Part shown: piece after piece, positions 10,181 to 20,586 of the stretch
Numbering within the stretch: the first letter of the stretch is position 1
Layout of the letters: the number at the start of each line of letters is the position of its first letter
Origin: a virus
Taxonomy: Duplodnaviria; Caudoviricetes
Length of the DNA: 64,000 nt
Reading direction: 5' to 3' (one strand)
Virus record (IMG/VR): IMGVR_UViG_3300035670_000121
Location: 21,616-85,615 of that record
Made by a program: the position numbers and the translations under genes
The notes under the pieces: model-generated
Database searches by the model: none
Seen by the model: the letters and a program-made list of their open reading frames with translations, nothing else
Told to the model about the DNA's origin: nothing

Positions 10181-11174
10181 ATCTTGTTCTTGGTTATATT
10201 GGTGCAAGTATCCTTTAAAGCTTCCAGATAAAACAAACAGTGGAGCTTTAAAAGGAGAAATTGTGCATTTAGTTTTTGAATGTCTTGGCATCGATAGACA
10301 TAAAAAGCATTATGATCTTATTCTAAAAAAGAAAAATCCTTTTGCATCAAAAGCTGTCAAACGTCTTGTTTTAAAACACGTTAAGAATAAAAATATTTAT
10401 GAAGACGAGCATGTAGACGATATCAAAGAAATGATATATAAAGGTTTGCTTTATGATTTTTTTGGAAATAAGTTTGGTAAGCCTACAGAAGTCATTTCTG
10501 AAAAAGACTTTGAAATCGAAGTGAATGAAAATGATATAAAATACAAGATAAAAGGTTTCATCGATAAGCTTTTTATTTATGGTAATAACAGTGTTGTTTT
10601 AATACGCGATTTTAAAACTAATAAGAAAAAATACGAAGGCAAAGAAGTATCAGATAATTTACAAGATTATATGTATACTCTGGCTATTCGAAAGCTTTAC
10701 CCCAATCTTGAAAATATAAAGATGGAATTTTTGTTTTTAAAACAAGATTTAGATGTTGATGGTGTTATGGAAATGATACCTAAATCTAAATACGAACTAC
10801 TTGGATTTGAACACGAATTAACAGCTTATCAAAAATACGCTGATGGCTTTACTGAAAAAACCGCTATTTCAAATCTTGCATACAACCAAGGTATGCCAAA
10901 AGATGGCAGCTTTAGCGGTAAATTAATGTGTGGTTTTGCATCTAAGCCTAATGAATTAAAAAAAGATGGCAATCCTAAATGGTATTGTACATATAAGTTT
11001 CCTTTTCATTACTATAGTATTATTAATTCTGACAACAAAATTATAAAAAGCGCTTTCCAAAAAGAAGATTTGTTACAATATAAATTAAAAAACGATGAAA
11101 AAATTGTTAAAAAATACTATCAAGGATGCCCAGCATTTAATAAGAAAGACGAATTTGATCTTGACAATTTTTGA
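10137..11174 (+). CDS. PD-(D/E)XK exonuclease (RecB/AddB/Cas4-like)
   Basis: LSASKIK...C, GEIVH, KGFIDKL, IRDFKT, QDYMY; Cys at N- and C-termini. Confidence 0.8.
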   Translation: MLKETLSASKIKTLKSCSWLYWCKYPLKLPDKTNSGALKGEIVHLVFECLGIDRHKKHYDLILKKKNPFASKAVKRLVLKHVKNKNIYEDEHVDDIKEMIYKGLLYDFFGNKFGKPTEVISEKDFEIEVNENDIKYKIKGFIDKLFIYGNNSVVLIRDFKTNKKKYEGKEVSDNLQDYMYTLAIRKLYPNLENIKMEFLFLKQDLDVDGVMEMIPKSKYELLGFEHELTAYQKYADGFTEKTAISNLAYNQGMPKDGSFSGKLMCGFASKPNELKKDGNPKWYCTYKFPFHYYSIINSDNKIIKSAFQKEDLLQYKLKNDEKIVKKYYQGCPAFNKKDEFDLDNF

Positions 11175-11198
11175 TCGATAACATATATTCACTTGTAT

Positions 11199-11963
11199 AT
11201 GTTAGCTTTATTTAAGAGTTGCTATTCTATTGGTAAATCTATACTTACTTTAGATGATCCAAAGAAAACTTCGCCAGAGGGTTCTGACAGTATTTTTAAA
11301 ATTGCATTGGAAAACGATTTAAAAGAGATTATTCTGGTTGAGGATTCGTTGATTGGTTTTTTTGAAGCTTTTAAGAGATCAAAAGAGCTTAAGCTGAAAT
11401 TAATATTTGGATTAAGACTGTCGATGCGTAATTCTTCTTTGCCTGAAGACTCAGATAGTCAGCATAAAGTTATTATCTTTGCAAAAAATAGTGAAGGCTG
11501 CAAACTGCTAAATAAAATATATTCTAAAGCTTTTTGTGATTTTAGCGGTTTTTTGAATTATGAATCCCTTAAGGACTTATGGAATGACGATGATGTAAAA
11601 CTTGTTATTCCTTTTTATGATTCGTTTATACATGTTAATTCTTTATCTTTCGCAAATGCGATACCTGATTTCTCATTTACAAAGCCAACTTTCTTTTTAG
11701 AAGATAATGGTTTAGCGTTAGACATGCTTCTTCAAGAAAAGGTTTTAGAGTTTACAAAAAATAATAATTTTGAAACTCAAACGGCTAAAAGCATTTATTA
11801 TAAAAATAACGAAGATGTTGACGCTTTCATGACTTACAAGATTATTTGTAACAGAAGTCATGGAAAAGATCGGTCATTAGAAAAGCCTGAACTCGCTCAT
11901 TTTTGCAGCGATCAGTTTAGTTTTCAATCTTGGAAAAATAAAATTAATTATGGTCACTCTTAA
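11199..11963 (+). CDS. Stand-alone PHP domain of DNA polymerase III alpha (DnaE N-terminal piece)
   Basis: KSCYSIGKS, LVEDS, KLIFG, IFAKNSEGCKLLNKIYS match the DnaE PHP; metal-ligand His residues look lost. Confidence 0.8.
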   Translation: MLALFKSCYSIGKSILTLDDPKKTSPEGSDSIFKIALENDLKEIILVEDSLIGFFEAFKRSKELKLKLIFGLRLSMRNSSLPEDSDSQHKVIIFAKNSEGCKLLNKIYSKAFCDFSGFLNYESLKDLWNDDDVKLVIPFYDSFIHVNSLSFANAIPDFSFTKPTFFLEDNGLALDMLLQEKVLEFTKNNNFETQTAKSIYYKNNEDVDAFMTYKIICNRSHGKDRSLEKPELAHFCSDQFSFQSWKNKINYGHS

Positions 11964-12315
11964 AATTAACAATCAAAAAGAACAACTTGTTGCTTCTGAA
12001 GATATTAGTTCTGGAACAACTGTATTTGTTTCTAATTGGTTTGATCAGGAAACTAAGAATCCTTTTTATCTTCCTAAGTCAGAAATCAAGATACAAGATA
12101 AACCTTGTATTAGCACTGATGATCTATTTACTCCTGTATCGTTAACTAGCTTTGGTGAATACATCAAACCAGATGCTCAAAACTATAACACAACAGCTTT
12201 AATTGATTACAAAAACAAACAGGTTTCTTTTGTTGCGGTTAAAAACATTAAGAAAAACGACGAACTGGTTTATACTTTAAATATTAATTTTTTCCCTAAT
12301 GTTACGATTCAATAA
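11950..12315 (+). CDS. Degenerate SET-domain-like protein
   Basis: LVASEDISSGTTV and FVAVKNIKKNDELVYTL resemble SET motifs; NHSC motif absent. Confidence 0.45.
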   Translation: MVTLKINNQKEQLVASEDISSGTTVFVSNWFDQETKNPFYLPKSEIKIQDKPCISTDDLFTPVSLTSFGEYIKPDAQNYNTTALIDYKNKQVSFVAVKNIKKNDELVYTLNINFFPNVTIQ

Positions 12316-12928
12316 AGATCAAAAATATATTTGCTTTGATTTTGAAACTTGTCATCTCAATTTAGTCAATACAGACAATAAGCCTTGGCAATTAAGTTAT
12401 CTTATCGCAAAAGGCAATCAGATTATTAAAGAAGTAGATAATTATATTTATTGGCCTGATCTGAAATTGTCAGAAGGAGCTAAAGAGGTTACTCATTTTG
12501 ACGAAAGGCGGTATCATTCATTAGCTGCCGATCCCAAAGACATACTTTCTTCTTTTGAAGATTATATTTATGATAGCGACTATCTAATAGTAGGACAAAA
12601 TCTTCTTGGTTTTGACGTATACATACATAATATATACCGAAAACTTCTAGGTAAGTCGCCTGATTTTTCTTATGTTAAACGCATTCTCGATACAAATTGC
12701 ATCGCTAAAGCGATTAAAAAGAATATTAAACCACAAAAGGATTTAGACTTTACTTGTTGGCAGTATAGATTAAATGATTTCCGAGAAAAAGGATTAAAAA
12801 CAAGCATAAAAGCTCAATTAAAAGATTATAAGATTGATTTTGATGAGAGCATGTTGCATAATTCTATGTACGACGTTCAGATGAACTTCAAAATCTTTCA
12901 GAAGCAGCTTTGGCAAATCGAAATATGA
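12299..12928 (+). CDS. DEDDh 3'-5' exonuclease (DnaQ/epsilon-like)
   Basis: FDFET, GQNLLGFD, HNSMYD. Confidence 0.85.
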   Translation: MLRFNKDQKYICFDFETCHLNLVNTDNKPWQLSYLIAKGNQIIKEVDNYIYWPDLKLSEGAKEVTHFDERRYHSLAADPKDILSSFEDYIYDSDYLIVGQNLLGFDVYIHNIYRKLLGKSPDFSYVKRILDTNCIAKAIKKNIKPQKDLDFTCWQYRLNDFREKGLKTSIKAQLKDYKIDFDESMLHNSMYDVQMNFKIFQKQLWQIEI

Positions 12929-14685
12929 ATTTTTTACAAGATATTCAGAGTTATGACGACGCAATGTTGCCGGGTGTAAGATTGCCTCAAATATCAATCG
13001 ATAGTAAATATTATGATTTACTGAAGATTCCAACGTCTTCAGATAATTTTACTTTTCTTAAAACTTTATGCTATCGCAGTTTAGAGAATAAGAATCTAAA
13101 TAAGAAAGAGTATGTAGATAGATTAGAGATGGAGTTGCAGATTTTTCATGAACTTGATTTCGTTGATTATGTGTTACTGAATTGGGACATTCTTAATTTC
13201 TGTCACGAAAATAATATTCCAACTGGTCCCGGTCGAGGTAGCGCTGCGGGTTCATTGGTTTTGTTTTTGGTTGATGTCACTAAAGTAGATCCAATTCGAT
13301 ATGGACTTTTCTTTGAGCGATTTGTGAGTAAGTCTCGCGCAAAGAAGATTATCAAAAACGATATTACATATCTTGATGGCTCGCTATTGCCAGACGTAGA
13401 TAACGACATTAGTTATGATCGCAGAAGTGAGGTTATTAAATATATTGAAAACAAGCATTTTGGTAAAACTTCAAAAATCTTAACTCTTAATACTTTATCT
13501 AGTAAACTTTGTATCAAAGAGTGCGGTAAAATTGTTGGCGGTTATTCTGAAACGGAAGTAAACGAAATTAGCGATCTAATTCCAAAACAATTCGGTCGCG
13601 TTTTTGGCTTAGAAGAAGCCGCTAAGGAAAACGATAAGTTTAAAAAGTGGTGCGACGATAATCCTAAGCTATTTAAAATAGCTAAGAAAATTGAAGGCTT
13701 AAACAAGAATACTGGTGTTCATCCTTCTGGTATTGCTATTTCTTATTACAAGATAGATGAAGTTTGTCCTGTTCAGAAAACTTCAGATGGAGATTTAGTT
13801 AGCGGATATGATATGAATTATGTCGCTGAACTAATGGTAAAATTTGATGTTCTTGGATTAAGAACTTTAACTGTTGTTAATGAAGTATGCAAAATGTTGA
13901 ACATGGATATGACAAGTATCGATCCTGAAGATCCATTTATATATGAAAATTTGCAAAATCTAAAGACTCCTCAAGGTTTATTCCAAATTGAAGCTGATAC
14001 TAACTTTAAAGTCTGTAAAAAAGTTAGACCAAAGTCGCTTGAACAATTAAGCGCTGTTATTGCTATTGCTAGGCCGGGTGCATTAGATTTTGCTGATCAA
14101 TACGCCACTTATTCGGCGTCTACAATAGCGCAAGTAGTTCATGATTTTTTTCAAGAAGAATTATTATACACTGGTGGTATTCCTCTGTATCAAGAACAGT
14201 TAATGAAAATGGCTGTACGCTTAGGATTTACTCTGGATGAAGCTGAACAATTAAGACGTATTGTCGGCAAGAAGAAGGTAGACCAAATGCCTCAATGGCA
14301 AGGAAAAATTCGTCAAAAAGTCATTGAACAGAATCTTGATCCTGCTATTGGTGATGTATTATGGAAAGTTGCAGAAGATTCTGCCAATTATAGTTTTAAT
14401 AAATGTTTATTACCTGAAACCCTGGTTGAAACGAAATCTGGATTTAAATGTTTAAATGATGTCAAAAAAGGAGAAATGGTTTTAGCGTATGATGTTGATA
14501 ATGATAAAGATCATTATGTAGAAGTTGTAAACATTCATCAAAATGAAGTTGAAGTTTACGAAGTAGAAATGGAAGACGGAACAAAAATATCATGTTCTAT
14601 GGATCATAAGTTTCTATGTCAAGACAGAAAAATGCACACTCTTAGAGAAATAATTTCCCATAATTTAGAAATTATGTGTAAATAA
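12925..14685 (+). CDS. dnaE: DNA polymerase III alpha, catalytic N-half, fused to split-intein N-fragment
   Basis: GPGRGSAAGS, LFFERF, PDVDND, GVHPSG, KFDVLGL, YQEQLM, then NYSFNK|CLLPET. Confidence 0.93.
   Translation: MNFLQDIQSYDDAMLPGVRLPQISIDSKYYDLLKIPTSSDNFTFLKTLCYRSLENKNLNKKEYVDRLEMELQIFHELDFVDYVLLNWDILNFCHENNIPTGPGRGSAAGSLVLFLVDVTKVDPIRYGLFFERFVSKSRAKKIIKNDITYLDGSLLPDVDNDISYDRRSEVIKYIENKHFGKTSKILTLNTLSSKLCIKECGKIVGGYSETEVNEISDLIPKQFGRVFGLEEAAKENDKFKKWCDDNPKLFKIAKKIEGLNKNTGVHPSGIAISYYKIDEVCPVQKTSDGDLVSGYDMNYVAELMVKFDVLGLRTLTVVNEVCKMLNMDMTSIDPEDPFIYENLQNLKTPQGLFQIEADTNFKVCKKVRPKSLEQLSAVIAIARPGALDFADQYATYSASTIAQVVHDFFQEELLYTGGIPLYQEQLMKMAVRLGFTLDEAEQLRRIVGKKKVDQMPQWQGKIRQKVIEQNLDPAIGDVLWKVAEDSANYSFNKCLLPETLVETKSGFKCLNDVKKGEMVLAYDVDNDKDHYVEVVNIHQNEVEVYEVEMEDGTKISCSMDHKFLCQDRKMHTLREIISHNLEIMCK
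14404..14682 (+). mobile_element. Split intein N-fragment (93 aa)
   Basis: Block A CLLPETLV, block B CSMDHKF, then stop. Confidence 0.9.
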
Positions 14686-14689
14686 TAGT

Positions 14690-15637
14690 ATGAACAATGT
14701 TAAATATAATGATTCAATAAAATTCATATCTATTAATTATTTCGATATATGTCAGCTTGATGGAAAATCAAAAAAAGAAATAATTAATTTATTTCCTAAA
14801 AGGCAAGATGGTGCTTATTATTTGAATAAATTTATTAATTATATCGAAAAATATTATAAAATTTCAATTCAAGAATATGTATTTAAATATTTAAATATTA
14901 AATGGCCTACATGCCCAGTTTCAAAAGAAAAAGTTGGTTTTCGAGTTAACGGAAAAGGAATTTTCTTTTCAAAATTTAAAAAGGGTAAAGTTTGTAAAAA
15001 ATATTCTACAGCTTTTCAAAAAGCTTGCGAAAAATTTTCTCAAAATAGAAAAGGTAAAAACAATCCAATGTTCGGAAAAAAATCTTGGAATTCGGGTTTA
15101 TCAAAAGACTCTGACGCGAGAATAAAAAAAATATCCGACGAACGAAAAGGAATTGTTTTTAAGCAAACACATAAAAATAAACTCAAAGAAGCTAGAGCAA
15201 ATCATCCGTTAAAAGCTCGGCACGTCACTAAACATACTGATGAGTCTAAGAAAAAAATGAGAGAAGCCACTATTAATAGATGGCAAAAAGGTGATTTTAA
15301 TTTTAAAAAAACAAGTATAGAAAAAAAAGTTGAACAATGGTTGTTAGATAATAAGATCGATTTTCAATTTCAATATAATGTTGATTATTTTATAGCTGAT
15401 TTTGCTTGTTTGAATGAAAAAATCTTGATAGAATGCCAAGGTGATTTTTTTCATTGTAACCCTCATTTTGAAAAATATAAAAATCCAAAATATGAAGTTC
15501 AAAAGAGAAATGTTTTTCGAGATAAAATAAAAAAACAAAAATACAAGCAATTAGGTTGGAAACTTATAGAATTATGGGAATCAGATATTAATTCTGGCGA
15601 ATTTAAAAATATACTAAAATGCGAACTCAAAAAATAA
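14690..15637 (+). CDS. Free-standing homing endonuclease (NUMOD3-like plus Vsr/DUF559-like nuclease) between the intein halves
   Basis: GKNNPMFGKK, HTDESKKKM, ADF...IECQGDFFH...RDKIK...LWESD. Confidence 0.85.
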   Translation: MNNVKYNDSIKFISINYFDICQLDGKSKKEIINLFPKRQDGAYYLNKFINYIEKYYKISIQEYVFKYLNIKWPTCPVSKEKVGFRVNGKGIFFSKFKKGKVCKKYSTAFQKACEKFSQNRKGKNNPMFGKKSWNSGLSKDSDARIKKISDERKGIVFKQTHKNKLKEARANHPLKARHVTKHTDESKKKMREATINRWQKGDFNFKKTSIEKKVEQWLLDNKIDFQFQYNVDYFIADFACLNEKILIECQGDFFHCNPHFEKYKNPKYEVQKRNVFRDKIKKQKYKQLGWKLIELWESDINSGEFKNILKCELKK

Positions 15638-15732
15638 TTTCAATTAAATCTTTAGGAAAAAGAAAAACTTTAGATTTAGAAGTAAATCATAAAGATCATA
15701 ATTTTTATGCTGAAGGTCTTGTTTCGTCAAAT
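15619..15732 (+). mobile_element. Split intein C-fragment (38 aa)
   Basis: KIISIKSLGKRKTLDLEV..HNFYAEGLVSSN followed by Ser+1. Confidence 0.9.
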
Positions 15733-16806
15733 TCACATTCCATAAGCTATGCTATTCTTGCGGCTTGGACGACTTACTTGAAGTTTAAACATCCAAAAGA
15801 ATTTTTTCTAGCTTTATTGAAGCTTTCTAAGTTTGAGCCTGATTCTCATAAAGAAATTAATAAAATATCAAAAGAGTTAATGTTTTTTGATATTGAATTG
15901 CTTCCTCCTGACTTAGCTAAATCTGCAATCGATTTTAATATTGAAGATAAGAATATTCGATTTGGATTAAATTCTATCAAAGGTGTTTCAGAAAAGACGC
16001 TTGAATCACTTCAGCAATTTAGAGAAACCAATACTCCTAATAAGTTCGATATCTTTATTACAGCTAAACAAGCTGGAATCAATATTGGCTTATTGTCTTC
16101 TCTGATTCAAGCTGGAACATTAAGCTCTTATACTCATCGTAGATCAAGATTGGTTCTCGAAGCTCAAACGTTTAATCTACTTACAGACAAAGAAAAGAAG
16201 TACGCTTATTCTATTGGAGATAAATATAATTACGATATTCTCACAATCGTTAGCGAATGTGCTTTTAAGAATAAGAATATAAATCAAGATGGTAAGCCAT
16301 TCATGTCAGATAAAAGAAAGGCGACCTTCAAGAAAAAGTACGATGAGTATAAGAAAATATATGATCAAAACAAGAATCATGAAAAATTTGCTAATTGGGT
16401 ATTCGAAAACAAACTGCTTGGTTATACTCCATCTATTAAACTGAAAACTGTTTTTGAACAACCTGAAGCTACTTTTACTGATACTTTAGAATTTCAATCT
16501 ACTTTAAAGAATGATTTAGTTAAAATTGTTGGAGTTGTAGATGATGTTTATAAAGGAAAGAGTAAAAAGAGTAATAATCAATTCTTTAGAATTGCTTTGA
16601 AAGATGAAGTTGGAACCGTGATGGGTTTATTTATGGATGGTGGAAAAAAAGCTCGTTTATCAGAGTATTTAGAAGATGGCTTAAAGATTCCAGAAAAAGA
16701 AAACATTGTAGTTTTTACTGGACGAAAAGGTGATGATGTGTTATGGATAGAGAACATTGCAATACTTGATGATAAAATCTATATGAAGCTATCTGACGTA
16801 GAATGA
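15619..16806 (+). CDS. dnaE: Split-intein C-fragment fused to DNA polymerase III alpha C-half
   Basis: HNFYAEGLVSSN|SHSISYA...YLKFKHPKEF, IRFGLNSIKGV, C-terminal OB fold. Confidence 0.92.
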   Translation: MRTQKIISIKSLGKRKTLDLEVNHKDHNFYAEGLVSSNSHSISYAILAAWTTYLKFKHPKEFFLALLKLSKFEPDSHKEINKISKELMFFDIELLPPDLAKSAIDFNIEDKNIRFGLNSIKGVSEKTLESLQQFRETNTPNKFDIFITAKQAGINIGLLSSLIQAGTLSSYTHRRSRLVLEAQTFNLLTDKEKKYAYSIGDKYNYDILTIVSECAFKNKNINQDGKPFMSDKRKATFKKKYDEYKKIYDQNKNHEKFANWVFENKLLGYTPSIKLKTVFEQPEATFTDTLEFQSTLKNDLVKIVGVVDDVYKGKSKKSNNQFFRIALKDEVGTVMGLFMDGGKKARLSEYLEDGLKIPEKENIVVFTGRKGDDVLWIENIAILDDKIYMKLSDVE

Positions 16807-19211
16807 AAAATTTAAATCTTACACCAAGAGCGCAAAAGCTTATCAAAGAAGCCTTGAAAGTGGCTTTAGCGCATAGAAACATTAGAATCACGCATCTTCA
16901 TTTATTTAATGCGTTTCTAAATCTTAGCAATAATCAAATAGAAGAAGCTTTTCTGCAATTTGAATTAGATGTAGTTAAGATAAAAGAAAAATGCTCAAAG
17001 TTTATAGATGACAACTATTCTGTAACAAATAAAAAGAACAATAAGCCTTCTTTAGCTGATGCAGCTAAATCCATTTTTACTTGCGCCAAAGAAATATCAG
17101 CAAAATTTGATCATAAATACATTGGACTTGAACATATTTTTCTAGCTATGTTTGAGGTTCAATATGATTTATTTCAATTGTTTTTATCTAGTATAGATTT
17201 TAATTTCGAAAATATTGTAGACTATATCGAAAGCAAATTAGAAGAAGATGATTTGATGTCTATTAAAGAAGACATCTCAAAACCAGAACAAAAGATGTCA
17301 GAATCTTTTGATGCTAGAAAATATAAAACACTTAATACATATGCTTCCAGTCTCAATGCACAAGTAATTTCTGGTAAGATTAATAATCTTCATATTAATG
17401 AAGAATTAATTAAAAAGATATCTGAAGTTCTTTGTAGAAAGACAAAGAATAATCCTTTGATTGTGGGTGAAGCTGGTGTCGGAAAAACGGCTTTAGTCGA
17501 ATCGCTAGCTCAAGCTATTGTAAATAATCAATGCTCTGATCTATTAGGATTGAAGCAGATTTATACATTGGATATACCAATGATGATTGCAGGTTGTAAA
17601 TATAGAGGAGAATTCGAAGAAAAGATCAAGAACTTATTAAAAGAAATAGTAAATGATCCTTATATCATCTTATTCATCGATGAAATCCATACAATCATTG
17701 GCGCTGGAAATCCAGAAAATGGGCATGATGTCGCTAATATATTAAAGCCTTATTTAGCTAGAGGAGAAATCAGTTGTATTGGCGCGACTACTTTTGATGA
17801 ATATCGTAAAACAATAGCTGATGATCCTGCATTAAGTCGGCGTTTTCAAATGATCAAGATCGAAGAACCGACAAAAGAGCAGACTTTCGACTTGATTAAA
17901 AATATTAAGAAAGATTATGAAACTTATCACATTATTGAGTTTACAGATGATATATTAAAATTTATTATTAATACTGCTGAAAAATACATTGAAGGTAGAT
18001 TTCCAGATAAAGCTTTAGACATTATTGATCAAGTAGGATCTAAAGCTAAGTTAAAGAATTTTACTAAAACGCCAGAAATGATTAAGATCGAAAGTAAAAT
18101 CATGAAGGCTGCTAAAAAAGATAAAATTGCAAGTGAAAATCAATTTACTCCAAATATCCAATCTCTTTTATCAAAATATCAAGGAGTTGTTGAAAAATTG
18201 GTTAACAAATTAAAGAGTAAAAAATATAAGATTACCGAGGATGATGTTTTACAAGTCGTATCTGATAAAACTAATATTCCTTTTAATGATTTAAAAAAGC
18301 AAGATTTTGAAAAAGTTCAACAAGTCAAAAAAGAACTTCAAGATAATGTTGTAGGTCAAAGTGAACAAATAGATCAAATATATAAATGTTTGATACGCGC
18401 TAAAGCTGGTTTTCGCAATCAGAATAAGCCGATATGTTCAATGTTGTTTGCGGGGTCAACTGGAATCGGTAAAACGATGACAGCCAAACTTCTGGCAACT
18501 AATCTTTTTGTTAATAAAAACAATTTCATCTTTATCGATATGTCAGAATATGCTGATAAAACAGCTGTAAATAAACTAATTGGTTCTAATCCAGGTTATA
18601 TTGGTTTTGATAAAGGTGGTGTTTTAACAGAAAAAGTCAGAAAGAATCCATATTCTTTAATTTTATTTGATGAAATCCAAAAAGCAGATGAAGAAGTTTT
18701 ATTCTTATTATTACAAATACTAGAAGAAGGAAAATTATCTGACTCCTCTGGAAAGATAATTGATTTCTCTAATAGCATTATTGTAATGACCACTAATGTT
18801 GGCGCTCAAGCGGTAAATAATAATTCTATTGGATTTGTTACTGCTAAAAATTCTATAAAAACTGATATTTTAAGTTCAGTAAAAAAATATTTTCCTCCTG
18901 ACTTATTAAATAGGTTAGACGAAATAGTTGTATTTAATCCATTACAAGAGTCTCAAATCAAAGTTATCATCGAAAAAGAAATGAATCAGTTCAAAAAAGA
19001 ACTGAGCGCTAAAAATATTGACATTGATTATTCAGAAGAAGTTATAATGTATGTATTCAAGAAAATTCAGTTTGATAATTTTGGCGCTAGACAAGTAATT
19101 AAAACTATTCAGCGCGAAATTCAAACTTTAATTGCAGAAAAAATATTAGAGAATAAAGAAATTTCTAATATAAAAATTACTGTAAAAGATAATAATATTT
19201 GTGTAACATAA
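16803..19211 (+). CDS. clpC: ClpA/B/C family AAA+ chaperone
   Basis: Clp N-domain repeats, [48 protein letters not shown]. Confidence 0.9.
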   Translation: MKNLNLTPRAQKLIKEALKVALAHRNIRITHLHLFNAFLNLSNNQIEEAFLQFELDVVKIKEKCSKFIDDNYSVTNKKNNKPSLADAAKSIFTCAKEISAKFDHKYIGLEHIFLAMFEVQYDLFQLFLSSIDFNFENIVDYIESKLEEDDLMSIKEDISKPEQKMSESFDARKYKTLNTYASSLNAQVISGKINNLHINEELIKKISEVLCRKTKNNPLIVGEAGVGKTALVESLAQAIVNNQCSDLLGLKQIYTLDIPMMIAGCKYRGEFEEKIKNLLKEIVNDPYIILFIDEIHTIIGAGNPENGHDVANILKPYLARGEISCIGATTFDEYRKTIADDPALSRRFQMIKIEEPTKEQTFDLIKNIKKDYETYHIIEFTDDILKFIINTAEKYIEGRFPDKALDIIDQVGSKAKLKNFTKTPEMIKIESKIMKAAKKDKIASENQFTPNIQSLLSKYQGVVEKLVNKLKSKKYKITEDDVLQVVSDKTNIPFNDLKKQDFEKVQQVKKELQDNVVGQSEQIDQIYKCLIRAKAGFRNQNKPICSMLFAGSTGIGKTMTAKLLATNLFVNKNNFIFIDMSEYADKTAVNKLIGSNPGYIGFDKGGVLTEKVRKNPYSLILFDEIQKADEEVLFLLLQILEEGKLSDSSGKIIDFSNSIIVMTTNVGAQAVNNNSIGFVTAKNSIKTDILSSVKKYFPPDLLNRLDEIVVFNPLQESQIKVIIEKEMNQFKKELSAKNIDIDYSEEVIMYVFKKIQFDNFGARQVIKTIQREIQTLIAEKILENKEISNIKITVKDNNICVT

Positions 19212-19215
19212 ATAT

Positions 19216-19419
19216 ATGCCACTTCCCAAAGTTCGTAAGAAAGAGACAGAACAAGAATTTGTAAGTCGTTGCATGGGTGACGACATGATGAATAAGGACT
19301 TTAAAGATCAAAAGCAACGAGCTGCCGTTTGTTATTCTCAATTTAAAGTTAGAGAGCGTATGAAAGGCGAAGCTAGTTGGGACGATGTTAGAATGGGTGA
19401 TAGTTTAAATCTTTTATAA
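19216..19419 (+). CDS. Small conserved phage protein (MPLP...EFVSRCM...QRAAVCY)
   Basis: ORF track; GTGTAA at 19201. Confidence 0.7.
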   Translation: MPLPKVRKKETEQEFVSRCMGDDMMNKDFKDQKQRAAVCYSQFKVRERMKGEASWDDVRMGDSLNLL

Positions 19420-19420
19420 T

Positions 19421-20569
19421 ATGAGCGAATATAATCCTCTTTACAATGTCAACGCAAACAATGATGGCAAAAACGATACATTCGATTTTGCTATGCCTGA
19501 CATTCCAGATCCAGTAGAACCAGCACAAGTCGAATTAAAAGATAAAGACGCTGTAGGTTTTAAGTTTGGTTTTATTGGAGCTGGTCAAGGAGGAAGTAAA
19601 CTAGCAGAAACCTTTTCTCAAATTGGTTATGCTAGAGTTGGCGTAATTAATACTGCTGATCAAGATTTAGCAACTATCAATGTTAAAAACAAGTTGAAGT
19701 TTGGCGAGCAACAAGGCGCTGGCAAAAATAGAGAGTTCGCCAAACAAGCATTTATTAATCACAAAGAAGATGTAGTTGATTTTATTAAACAGTCTGTTGG
19801 AACTGATATAGATCGTGTGTTTGCTGTTGTTGGAGCTGGCGGTGGCACTGGAGCTGGTGTTTGTTCAGAATTAGTTAAAACTCTTAAAGAATATCAAACA
19901 ACAGTCAAAGCTACATCTCCATACGTTGGATTGATATTGGCGTTACCTAAGCTATCTGAAGGTAAGAAGGTAAGTGAAAACGCTTATGCTACACTAAAAG
20001 AAGCTTGTAAATTAGTTGAAGATAAAATCGTTTCTCCATTAATTATTCTAGATAATGAAAAGATTAATAACTTATATCCTAAATTATCTGTAAATAAGTT
20101 CTGGCAAGTAGCAAATGCTAATATTTGTGCGTTATTTCATTTATTTAATAATATTATAACTAAAAATAGTCAATATAGTACATTTGATACAAATGATTTT
20201 CGTACTGTTTTAGATTCTGGTATTATGGTGTTTGGCGCAGCTAATATCACTGAATTTAAAAATGAAGCTGAAATTTCTAAAGCTGTTAGAGAAAATCTAA
20301 AGCGTAACGTTCTCTGTGGTGAATTAGATCTAGCTACTGGCAGTGTTGCTGCCGCTGTAGCAATCGGTGATGAAAAAACTCTAGATAGTATTCCTCAAGA
20401 ATATCTAGATAACGCTTTCAATCAATTAAATAGAACTCTAAAAACTAATAGCACAGTTCATCAAGGCATTTATAAAGGCGTTAAAGATGGTTTATCTATA
20501 TTTACTGCTATTGGTGGTATATCAACTCCAAATGGTAAATTAGAAGCGCTTCTAAAAGCTAGTCAATAA
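19421..20569 (+). CDS. Tubulin/FtsZ family GTPase (PhuZ/TubZ/CetZ-like)
   Basis: GAGQGG (T1), NTA..D, GAGKN, GAGGGTGAG signature, LDNE, FDTND. Confidence 0.9.
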   Translation: MSEYNPLYNVNANNDGKNDTFDFAMPDIPDPVEPAQVELKDKDAVGFKFGFIGAGQGGSKLAETFSQIGYARVGVINTADQDLATINVKNKLKFGEQQGAGKNREFAKQAFINHKEDVVDFIKQSVGTDIDRVFAVVGAGGGTGAGVCSELVKTLKEYQTTVKATSPYVGLILALPKLSEGKKVSENAYATLKEACKLVEDKIVSPLIILDNEKINNLYPKLSVNKFWQVANANICALFHLFNNIITKNSQYSTFDTNDFRTVLDSGIMVFGAANITEFKNEAEISKAVRENLKRNVLCGELDLATGSVAAAVAIGDEKTLDSIPQEYLDNAFNQLNRTLKTNSTVHQGIYKGVKDGLSIFTAIGGISTPNGKLEALLKASQ

Positions 20570-20586
20570 GTGTAATATTAAACATA

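Noticed and set aside
14685-15619. dnaE break as a frameshift, pseudogene or group I intron
   Set aside because: Both halves carry complete complementary intein motifs; no intron core elements flank the nuclease
547-18793. Short antisense and alternate-frame ORFs inside nrdJ, recA, dnaB, dnaE and clpC
   Set aside because: Nested in conserved genes with no independent promoter or motif evidence
19421-20569. Calling this a nucleus-forming phage from the tubulin gene
   Set aside because: No chimallin or phiKZ-type core genes are visible in the window
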